Shown here: positions 39,195-46,415 of the stretch, piece by piece | Layout of the letters: each line of letters opens with the position of its first letter | Position numbering within the stretch: the first letter of the stretch is position 1 | Virus record (IMG/VR): IMGVR_UViG_3300045988_184127 | Origin: a virus | Length of the DNA stretch: 64,000 bases | Reading direction: 5' to 3' (one strand) | Notes under the pieces: generated by a model | What the model was told of the DNA's origin: nothing | The model's database searches: none | What the model saw: the letters and a program-made list of their open reading frames with translations, nothing else | Made by a program: the position numbers and the translations under genes

Positions 39195-39243
39195 TAAAGA
39201 TGTCGAAAGATAAAGCACAACACACAAAAAAGGAAATTTCACT

Positions 39244-39564
39244 ATGAACACCAGTATTTTGAAACTCAAAGCCACTGTAATCCGCCCCAAAGACGATGAT
39301 GAACTTGACGGCCTTGCCGCATCCATCAGCTTTCCCGTCGAATGCGATGATGAAGCAATTGGCGAGGCTCTGGGCGACCATGACCTGATGGCCTATGTTG
39401 TCGGAGAGCTACACGACCTCGTTGTCCGAATGCGTCCCGAATGGCTGGATAATGAGGATACTAGCCTGACCATCAAGGCATTCCTGGACGAAGCTGAGTA
39501 CCAGACGTTCAAGGGCCTTGTCGCGATGAAAGAAGACAGCTACACCTTTGTTATTGAGGGCTAA
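39244..39564 (+). CDS. small acidic hypothetical protein
   Basis: 106 aa, AAAAAGGAAA RBS. Confidence 0.4.
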   Translation: MNTSILKLKATVIRPKDDDELDGLAASISFPVECDDEAIGEALGDHDLMAYVVGELHDLVVRMRPEWLDNEDTSLTIKAFLDEAEYQTFKGLVAMKEDSYTFVIEG

Positions 39565-39599
39565 ACACCACAGAGCAAAAAGCAAACCAAGCCTGCAGT

Positions 39600-39685
39600 A
39601 AAATGCGGGTAGGACTTTTTTGTTTGCGTAGCTGCATCCTTTTGTCCGCAGAAACCGTAGGTGCCAGGATGCGTAGCTGCCGATG
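39600..39685. repeat. second cluster of GCGTAGCTGC x2 / ACCGTAGG motifs
   Basis: gtttGCGTAGCTGCatcc...gaaACCGTAGGtgccaggatGCGTAGCTGCcg; same cores as 1741-1985 cluster. Confidence 0.55.
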
Positions 39686-39689
39686 TGTC

Positions 39690-39717
39690 TTGACCCGGCG
39701 TGCGAATCTCATACAAT
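39690..39717 (+). promoter_or_regulatory. conserved-module promoter P7
   Basis: TTGACC-16 nt (cggcGTGCGAATCTca)-TACAAT. Confidence 0.55.
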
Positions 39718-39723
39718 CAAATC

Positions 39724-39800
39724 TGTACGAAAGATACTATGCACACAATAGAATTCACACTAAGCTGCTCAGTGGCCTTATGGCTATTGGGTAGCTTTTT
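39724..39800 (+). ncRNA. candidate short transcript/leader from P7 ending in weak terminator
   Basis: ~80 nt containing AGATACTA and GAATTCACA motifs shared with P12/P13 leaders; ends gggtagctttttctttt just before P8. Confidence 0.3.
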
Positions 39801-39823
39801 CTTTTGTGCGAACTGCGTACAAT
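39795..39823 (+). promoter_or_regulatory. conserved-module promoter P8 (weak -35)
   Basis: cttttt-17 nt (cttTTGTGCGAACTGcg)-TACAAT, 24 nt upstream of ATG 39847. Confidence 0.45.
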
Positions 39824-39846
39824 AAAAATCAGACGGAGGAACAACT

Positions 39847-40254
39847 ATGAAAAAATTTATTGGGACTGCTCTGGTGCTGTGCTGCCTGGCTCTACCTTTG
39901 GCTGGCTGTGAGGACGCAATCAGCACTGTGACAAGTACCACAATGTCTGAACTCGAAGATATCCCGAACCAGATATTGGCCACACCGGAAAGTGCTGAAA
40001 CGGAACCGGAATACAATTACATTCATTTTCGTTACGACAACATCTGGACTGTATCTGCCCTCGTGAACTACGAAATCGTAGACAACGGCCAAAACATAAA
40101 ATTTGAAATCAACGATAGTCGTTATCGAGACAAGGTTTTTTATACCAGCATGTCGAATGTAGAGCTCGTATACCGAGACGATAGCGTTGATTATCGCACG
40201 GGCTATGCGGTTTATCCGGGGGATGCCTCGAAGCTTGGAAAAGGTGGTAAGTGA
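39847..40254 (+). CDS. lipoprotein
   Basis: MKKFIGTALVLCCLALPLAGCED lipobox; 135 aa. Confidence 0.55.
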   Translation: MKKFIGTALVLCCLALPLAGCEDAISTVTSTTMSELEDIPNQILATPESAETEPEYNYIHFRYDNIWTVSALVNYEIVDNGQNIKFEINDSRYRDKVFYTSMSNVELVYRDDSVDYRTGYAVYPGDASKLGKGGK

Positions 40255-40255
40255 G

Positions 40256-40732
40256 ATGAGCGTAAATTTTGTCGATGGCAATATTTTTTCACGACTTTCT
40301 GCGAGTAAGCCAACTTACATTTGCCAGCAAGTAAATTGCAAAGGTGTAATGGGAGCTGGACTTGCCATGCAAATTTGCATCCAATGGCCGGTGGTATATC
40401 GGCGCTATCTGGAGTTTTGCCATGGAAACGACGGCAACAAGCTCGGTACTTATCAGGAGGTTCTGGTAGAACCGAAGCTGTATGTCGTGAATCTGTTCGG
40501 GCAGAATGGTTATAGCCGAGGTGAAAGGCAGACGAATTATGCTGCACTGGCGGCTGCGCTGTTCTCGTTTTTTAGAGACTGCGCTCAAAAGTATCAGGAC
40601 GTAACTATCCGGTTGCCATATGGTTTAGGCTGCGGACTTGCCGGAGGCGACTGGGACACGGTTCTGGACATCATCAGCGATGCAGCAAAAGCCTGGAATC
40701 TGAATGTTGAGATTTGGGAACTCCAGAAATAA
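40256..40732 (+). CDS. macrodomain protein (ADP-ribose binding / hydrolase family)
   Basis: Start at MSVNFVDGNIF (AAGGTGG RBS); ICQQVNCKGVMGAGLAMQI matches macro-domain N..G.GGV..AI core; C-terminal GLGCGLAGGDW. Confidence 0.7.
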   Translation: MSVNFVDGNIFSRLSASKPTYICQQVNCKGVMGAGLAMQICIQWPVVYRRYLEFCHGNDGNKLGTYQEVLVEPKLYVVNLFGQNGYSRGERQTNYAALAAALFSFFRDCAQKYQDVTIRLPYGLGCGLAGGDWDTVLDIISDAAKAWNLNVEIWELQK

Positions 40733-40737
40733 TAGCA

Positions 40738-40790
40738 ATAAGACCTTTACCGAAATTCGGTAAGGGTCTTTCTTTTTTTGTAGGGATGCA
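40738..40790 (+). terminator. rho-independent terminator
   Basis: agacctttaccgaaattcggtaagggtct + ttctttttttg. Confidence 0.65.
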
Positions 40791-40890
40791 AATATGTACA
40801 GATTGCAAACAAATGGCACCTGCCGTTGCAGAAAAAGCACGATAGTGGGATAATATTAGTAAAGAAACAACAACATCATCAGTAAAGTGA

Positions 40891-41910
40891 GTGAAAAAGC
40901 CTATGACAAACGCAGAACTAAAAGCAATCGTCCAGCGTGAGGAATACGATTTCCTGCGCACCAACAAACACTTGGGGAGCAACATTTTATTCCTAACGCT
41001 TAGCGGCAGTCATGCCTACGGAACCAACGTCGAAGGCTCCGATATCGATATACGTGGCGTGGCAGGCTCACCCGAAATCTTAGGGTTTAACCACTTTGAG
41101 CAGGCCATTGACAACCGGACAGATACAGTCATCTACGCTGTGAACAAGTTTGTCAGCTTGCTTGCGCAGGGTAATCCCAACATTATCGAACTTCTTGGCA
41201 ATGACCCGGAGCTATATGTGAACATGACGCCGGAAGGCCAAATGCTGCTTGACAATAGGGAACTGTTCTTGACTCGGCGCATTGCCTACAGCTATGGCGG
41301 CTTTGCAAACGACCAGCTCAGACGTTTGCAGATGGGTTTGCTTCGCAACAGAGTCTCGCCGGAGGCGCTCAAAAACAAATTCGAGAAGAGGAGTCTGGAA
41401 CGGGCGATTACCGGATGGGGCAAGGATGACATTTTTGAAATCTCCATCAGTAAGGATACAGATGAAGAAGGCAAACATCCGCTCCTGATTTCTTGCAGCT
41501 TGAACGATTATCCAGTCACCTCTCTAAAGCCGCTGCTAAAGAGTCTGACTACGACCATCGACCAGTATGAGCAGCCGCAGCATCCGAAAGCGCAAAAGGA
41601 TGCTGCCCACATCAATAAACACGCAATGCACCTTGTAAGACTGTATTACACGGCATTTGACATTCTGGAACAAGGACGCATCATCACCTGTCGAGACAAG
41701 GAACGCGAGGAATTATTAGCCATCCGCAACGGCAAGTACATGTGCGAGGATGGGTCATACGCTCCCGAATTCTTTGAGTTTGTTGATGCGCTTGAAAAGA
41801 AATTTCAGGATGACGTGAGGAAAACCTCTCTTCCTGCTAAGCCTGACTTTGGAAAAATTGAGGAGCTTCTGGTGGAAATCAACAAGGAATATTTGCGGCG
41901 CGTCATGTAA
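40891..41910 (+). CDS. minimal nucleotidyltransferase (Pol-beta superfamily) domain protein
   Basis: LTLSGSHAYGTNVEGSDIDIRGV = GS..x(n)..[DE]hDh NTase signature; 339 aa; track start is GTG, alternative ATG at 40903. Confidence 0.6.
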   Translation: MKKPMTNAELKAIVQREEYDFLRTNKHLGSNILFLTLSGSHAYGTNVEGSDIDIRGVAGSPEILGFNHFEQAIDNRTDTVIYAVNKFVSLLAQGNPNIIELLGNDPELYVNMTPEGQMLLDNRELFLTRRIAYSYGGFANDQLRRLQMGLLRNRVSPEALKNKFEKRSLERAITGWGKDDIFEISISKDTDEEGKHPLLISCSLNDYPVTSLKPLLKSLTTTIDQYEQPQHPKAQKDAAHINKHAMHLVRLYYTAFDILEQGRIITCRDKEREELLAIRNGKYMCEDGSYAPEFFEFVDALEKKFQDDVRKTSLPAKPDFGKIEELLVEINKEYLRRVM

Positions 41911-41970
41911 TTGACATGCTATCAGCAACAAAATACTGCTCGTCCATTTGAATATGGGCAGCAATTTTTG

Positions 41971-41998
41971 TTGCAAAACCGTGCGAATTGAAGATAAT
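41971..41998 (+). promoter_or_regulatory. conserved-module promoter P9
   Basis: TTGCAA-16 nt (aaCCGTGCGAATTGaa)-GATAAT. Confidence 0.55.
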
Positions 41999-42003
41999 GA
42001 AAA

Positions 42004-42190
42004 TGAAGTTAACGGAAGCAAAGGTGATGCCGATGCAGTAAAAAATATAAATAGTGCAAGATTGAAATGTCACAAAGGACGGCCGACCTGTTACCGGCTA
42101 CCGGTTGAAATAGCAGTCCTTGAGGCTGCGTAAGATTATAAAGAACTCCTATTACTTTTTTGAGTAGTGGGGGTTCTTTTTTCCTCTAAA
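42004..42190 (+). ncRNA. candidate ~180-nt non-coding transcript from P9 upstream of cas operon, containing CRISPR-repeat-tail-like motifs and ending in intrinsic terminator
   Basis: Contains gcaaGATTGAAAT (~42056-42068), hairpin ACCGGctaCCGGT followed by TGAAAT (~42093-42111), GCGTAAGATTAT (~42128), and terminator cctattacttttttgagtagtggggg + ttcttttttcc (U-G wobble stem); the 61-aa track ORF here is not credible. Confidence 0.35.
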
Positions 42191-42338
42191 AACGAAAGCA
42201 TACGCCAAGGTCAATATCTGCAGCCTTAGAAACATGAAACTGTACATCGACTGCGGCTTGATGTTTAACGATATATCATAAAGTAATGCTATCTTTCTGC
42301 CGGAGGGGAAGTCAAGCAATTAAAATTATAATAAACAC

Positions 42339-42366
42339 TTGCCAACTTGTGCGATTCGCATACAAT
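42339..42366 (+). promoter_or_regulatory. conserved-module promoter P10 (drives cas5c-cas8c-cas7c)
   Basis: TTGCCA-16 nt (acTTGTGCGATTCGca)-TACAAT, ~70 nt upstream of cas5c ATG. Confidence 0.55.
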
Positions 42367-42434
42367 CAAGGATAGAGACAGATAAAAGCAAATAACAACC
42401 ATCCGGCAACATAGATGACAAGTGGAGACGTAAA

Positions 42435-43121
42435 ATGATTGAGCAGAAAGACAGTGAAATTTTGGAGCTCGCGGGGTTTGCAGACCGGAACAGAAAGGCC
42501 AGGGAGGTTCATTCAGAGCCTATTTTCGTACAGGTGAACAGCAAGCTGGCAGCCTACACGATACCAGGAATGCGTTCGGAAGGAACGACCTATGATGTTC
42601 CGACTTACTCGGCACTGAAAGGTGCAATGGATTCCATCTACAAACATGTCGGTATGGAAGCGATTCCGACGGCGGTGTACATTCACTCTCCTATAAAAAA
42701 GACACGTATCCTGCTGCGAAATATTGAGAACATCGAAGGAATGCGCTCCCGCGAATGCTTAACGGATGTTTGCTACACGGTCGTTGTACGAATCGTAAGA
42801 ATGGATAACATGGCTTTAGAAAGCGACCTCACAGTGCAGTACAGGAATTTCTTAGAGTATGCTTCCGACAGCTGTGGGATGGGATATCCGTATCTTGGCG
42901 TGATGGAAACACCCATGTATTTCCATCCTGTAACGGAAGCTGAAATCCTTCCGACGCTGCCCATCACATCTGATTTGTGCAACATGCCTCTGACGCCGGA
43001 TTATACGAACAAATTTGAACCGGATTTGGTTTGCAGGCATCTTCGCATCGAGAATGGTGTCATCGATTTTACGAAGGGGGAGTATTTTCGCTGCTATGGA
43101 TATTCTGAATGCGCTGGTTAA
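42435..43121 (+). CDS. cas5c: Cas5c (Cas5d) type I-C Cascade subunit / pre-crRNA endoribonuclease
   Basis: FVQVNSKLAAYTIPGMRSEGTTYDVPTYSALKGAMDSIY matches Cas5d N-terminal signature (..yAlF..P......Y.vPTysALKG..esIY); 228 aa; overlaps cas8c start. Confidence 0.8.
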   Translation: MIEQKDSEILELAGFADRNRKAREVHSEPIFVQVNSKLAAYTIPGMRSEGTTYDVPTYSALKGAMDSIYKHVGMEAIPTAVYIHSPIKKTRILLRNIENIEGMRSRECLTDVCYTVVVRIVRMDNMALESDLTVQYRNFLEYASDSCGMGYPYLGVMETPMYFHPVTEAEILPTLPITSDLCNMPLTPDYTNKFEPDLVCRHLRIENGVIDFTKGEYFRCYGYSECAG

Positions 43122-45042
43122 GCACTATGATGCGATGGCAGCAGCTGGAAATGCAACGCCTTTCGGCTGGACACACAAGTTTGCTCAATATGCCGTCGAA
43201 CTAAACGATGACGGAGAAATCGATAGGATTTTCGCTCTCGGTGATTTATCCGATAAAAAGAACAAAGGCGAGGAATTCAAGATGCCAACACGCAGGCCAC
43301 GGTCTGGCAAGCTGCCGATTCCGTATGTGTTCTGTGATGATGCGGAACATCTTCTCGGCAAAGTCGGTGAAGCGAGCAATCTTGTTCGATACACTATGAT
43401 GCGCGACGCAGTCTTTATGCTGCGTGACCTGTTGGGACATTCTAAAGCCTTAGATGTCGTCTACAAGTTCTACGAAACGTGGGACCCAGAAAAGGCGCTT
43501 GACAATAAATGTGTCAGCGACGTAATGGAGGCGAAAGGCCAGGAAAAGAAAACCTTTATCCTGTTCTACAATGGCGTTCCAGTTTTTGATGATGAGACAT
43601 TTCGCAAAAGCTATGCGGCGATTGTCAATAAATATGGGGAAATGCCGATTGATACACTCAAGGGCGGTGAAATTGCTCTGTTGCCGGAACCTATCAAGAT
43701 TCGAAGCATGATAAGCGGCAATATCGGGTTTAAGGCTCGCTTGTTTCGAGCCATCACGGCATGGGGAAACAAAAAGAATGGCCCTGTCACAAACACTCTT
43801 TTGTCCAACAACAAAGCAAACACCGAGTATTTCGGACGTCAGCAGGGCAACGCCATCCCCATCACAATGCAAGATGAACATAAGATTTACGAAGCGGCTA
43901 CAGATTTGCTCGGCTCCAAACATCGGTTTCCGGTTCCGGCCACTTCACAGTCTCTTTATTCAAAGAATCAAATTATCTGGTCGGATGATATGCCAACAAA
44001 GCTGGAAGACGCGGTCATTGACCTATGCTGTTGCCGCAGTGATAAAGCTAAAACTATCTCTCAGGCAAATGAATCAGGTTCTGAAACCACTATCAGAATC
44101 CTTGAAAAAACAAAACTCTATCAGGGACGAATCACGGTTCTTTCGGACATTGAAAAGAACTTAGTCGTCAACGTCTGGAATCTTGATATGAATAATAAGG
44201 GATGTTCTGCATCCAGCTTTACGCAGATGACGCTTGACGAGCTGCTTGGAAACTTTGCCAAGCATTACACTGACATGGAAATTGACCGAAGCCAGACTTG
44301 CCGAGATGCGGATGGAACCAGCCGAGATTTTGCAAGAGCCATCAACATCTACAACTCACTTTTCGCCAAAAACAGTGATGGAAGCACGAGTTCTTTCAAC
44401 AACGCTCTTTGGAAACAACTGAGTATCAGCATTTATTCCGGAACAAAGTATCCGGAGCAAGTCCTTTCCCTGGCACTGCTTCGGTCCTGCCGTTTGCTTC
44501 AGCAAAATAAGAAAGGCAAAGAAAATCGCATCACGGCGTCTTTGGCCGGTATCACAAAAGCGTTCTTAATTCGCAATTACGGAGAGAATATGACGATGGG
44601 ACTCAACTCAAACAACACCAGCCCTGCTTATATCACAGGACGAATCTTCGCACATATGGAAAGTGCGCAGAGAAAGATTGACCCCAACAACCAAACCACT
44701 TACGCTAAACGGTTCTTTGAGCGAGTTATGATGAACCCGGCCAAAACCATGCCGGAACTTCACAAGAGTTTCCTTCTTTTGAAGAACAAGGCTAAAGCAA
44801 ATGGCATGAGAGGTCTTTATAATTCCAGCGACAAGAAAATTATGGCTCTTATCGATATGCTGGATGGCAACTATCCCGACCATCTATCCGAAAAGCAAAA
44901 AGGTGAATATCTCGTCGGATACTATCAGCAGCGAAGCGCAAACATCAAGGATGCCGAGGAGAAGAAAAACCGGAAAGCCGCCAAAATTGAAACTAATAAT
45001 ACGGATACTGCGACAACCGTTGCAACACAAAAGGAGAAGTAA
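43096..45042 (+). CDS. cas8c: Cas8c (Csd1) type I-C Cascade large subunit
   Basis: N-terminus MDILNALVKHYDAMAAAG...GWTHKF...VELNDDGEI...MPTRRPRSGKLPIPYVFCDDAEHLLG matches Csd1 family pattern (M.L.aL..yYdrl...vP.R..RTsg..p.flcD...Y.LG); ~648 aa; position between cas5c and cas7c. Confidence 0.8.
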   Translation: MDILNALVKHYDAMAAAGNATPFGWTHKFAQYAVELNDDGEIDRIFALGDLSDKKNKGEEFKMPTRRPRSGKLPIPYVFCDDAEHLLGKVGEASNLVRYTMMRDAVFMLRDLLGHSKALDVVYKFYETWDPEKALDNKCVSDVMEAKGQEKKTFILFYNGVPVFDDETFRKSYAAIVNKYGEMPIDTLKGGEIALLPEPIKIRSMISGNIGFKARLFRAITAWGNKKNGPVTNTLLSNNKANTEYFGRQQGNAIPITMQDEHKIYEAATDLLGSKHRFPVPATSQSLYSKNQIIWSDDMPTKLEDAVIDLCCCRSDKAKTISQANESGSETTIRILEKTKLYQGRITVLSDIEKNLVVNVWNLDMNNKGCSASSFTQMTLDELLGNFAKHYTDMEIDRSQTCRDADGTSRDFARAINIYNSLFAKNSDGSTSSFNNALWKQLSISIYSGTKYPEQVLSLALLRSCRLLQQNKKGKENRITASLAGITKAFLIRNYGENMTMGLNSNNTSPAYITGRIFAHMESAQRKIDPNNQTTYAKRFFERVMMNPAKTMPELHKSFLLLKNKAKANGMRGLYNSSDKKIMALIDMLDGNYPDHLSEKQKGEYLVGYYQQRSANIKDAEEKKNRKAAKIETNNTDTATTVATQKEK

Positions 45043-45044
45043 CA

Positions 45045-46007
45045 ATGTCTGAACTCGTTAAGAATCCTATCACCATTGTTCTAGCGTTTGATGCGCAGAA
45101 CTGTAATCCCAATGGGGACCCCGACAACGACAACAACCCGCGTCAGTTTGAGGATGGAATCGGGTACATGTCGTCCGAAAGCATCAAATATAAGATTCGC
45201 AGCTACATCCGTGACAAGGTCTTGTTTGACGGTCTGGAAAAGAACAGCCATGCACTATATTGCAGCCCCGATACTTTTTCCATTGAGCGCAGCGTTAAAG
45301 AGTGCCTGGAGCCTATCATCGGCAAAAAAACCAAAGGCATCCCCGATGACCAGCAGCTGGAGGCTTATAAGGAGCTGTGCCGGTACTACTATGATACTCG
45401 CATGTTTGGGCTTGTGAATACGAGTTATTCCAACTGCAGCCTTCTCAGCCGCATCAAGGGTGCCTGCCAGGTATCTATGCCGATGTCCTATGACCCTATC
45501 GAAATCATCCCGATGACGATTACTCGCTGCTGCGTTGCTTCCGATGCTGAACGCAAAGGCGAAGATAAAGGCGCCAAGAAGGGCGTCAGTATCGACGAAA
45601 GCGACGATGGAGCCGAAAAGAAGACGAAAGACCGCATGATAGGCCGTCGAAGCATTATCAGATATGGGCTGTATCACATGAGCATTCAAATCAACAGTGC
45701 AATGGCACAGCGTAACGGTGTTACGATGGATGACGTTAATTTGTTGATTGATGCGCTGCAGCATATGTTCGAGGAAGATATGAGCTCCAGCAGAGCCCTA
45801 ACGCTGCGTAAGTTGTTTGTCGTTGAACACACCAAACCGATGGGAAATGCTTATCGGGACACCATTGAGCGGGCACTGGCGGCTCGACTGAAGCAACCTA
45901 ATGATGCACCTACATCTTATGAGGATTACGAGGTGACTTATCACCGCGAAATGCTGCCTGATGAGGTCAAGGTGACTGAGTATAATTATAACAGTCAAAG
46001 CGTTTGA
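45045..46007 (+). CDS. cas7c: Cas7c (Csd2) type I-C Cascade backbone subunit
   Basis: ITIVLAFDAQNCNPNGDPDNDNNPRQFEDGIGYMSSESIKYKIRSYIRD = hallmark Csd2/Cas7 N-terminal motif (nsNPNGDP...N.PR.d..tG.g..s..s.KrkiR); 320 aa. Confidence 0.85.
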   Translation: MSELVKNPITIVLAFDAQNCNPNGDPDNDNNPRQFEDGIGYMSSESIKYKIRSYIRDKVLFDGLEKNSHALYCSPDTFSIERSVKECLEPIIGKKTKGIPDDQQLEAYKELCRYYYDTRMFGLVNTSYSNCSLLSRIKGACQVSMPMSYDPIEIIPMTITRCCVASDAERKGEDKGAKKGVSIDESDDGAEKKTKDRMIGRRSIIRYGLYHMSIQINSAMAQRNGVTMDDVNLLIDALQHMFEEDMSSSRALTLRKLFVVEHTKPMGNAYRDTIERALAARLKQPNDAPTSYEDYEVTYHREMLPDEVKVTEYNYNSQSV

Positions 46008-46110
46008 CAAAAACTAATAATTGCTGGTCAACAAAACTGTATAAGATTGAAAACACAATAGTCTGCCTCTTGTTAATACGTTGCAAGTGAGAACCTGCGG
46101 GACTACAAAA

Positions 46111-46140
46111 GTGATGCACTATGCCACATATGATTGAAAC
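46111..46140 (+). repeat. degenerate type I-C CRISPR repeat-like sequence ending in canonical GATTGAAAC
   Basis: GTGATGCACTATGCCACATATGATTGAAAC; compare I-C consensus GTCGCACTCTTCATGGGTGCGTGGATTGAAAT. Confidence 0.35.
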
Positions 46141-46220
46141 GATATTTTGCTATGGTGCGGAAATGCAGCGGCTGCAGGTAACACAACTGCCGTAAGAAAG
46201 GCTACAAAGCGGCCCATGAG

Positions 46221-46251
46221 GTCGCGTAAGATTATGCGCCCATCTGCAAAC
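46221..46251 (+). repeat. degenerate type I-C CRISPR repeat-like sequence
   Basis: GTCGCGTAAGATTATGCGCCCATCTGCAAAC; shares GTCGCG...GCGC...AAAC frame with I-C repeats (GTCGCGCCCCGCACGGGCGCGTGGATTGAAAC) and the 12-mer GCGTAAGATTAT with 42128. Confidence 0.35.
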
Positions 46252-46304
46252 GCGGGTGGACGTTCTTTTTTTGCCAAAAATAAAAATAAAACGTGATAAA
46301 AACC

Positions 46305-46332
46305 TTGCACATCTGTGCGAATCAGATATAAT
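46305..46332 (+). promoter_or_regulatory. conserved-module promoter P11
   Basis: TTGCAC-16 nt (atCTGTGCGAATCAga)-TATAAT. Confidence 0.55.
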
Positions 46333-46415
46333 AACCCTAATAAGATAAGAATTATGCCCTGACGGCATCTGAATTGGATGCTGCCGGGGCATTTTTGTTG
46401 TTAGGAGATATAGCT

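Noticed and set aside
41948-42133. 61-aa ORF downstream of promoter P9
   Set aside because: No RBS and an odd composition. The region is better explained as a non-coding transcript carrying repeat-tail-like motifs and a terminator.
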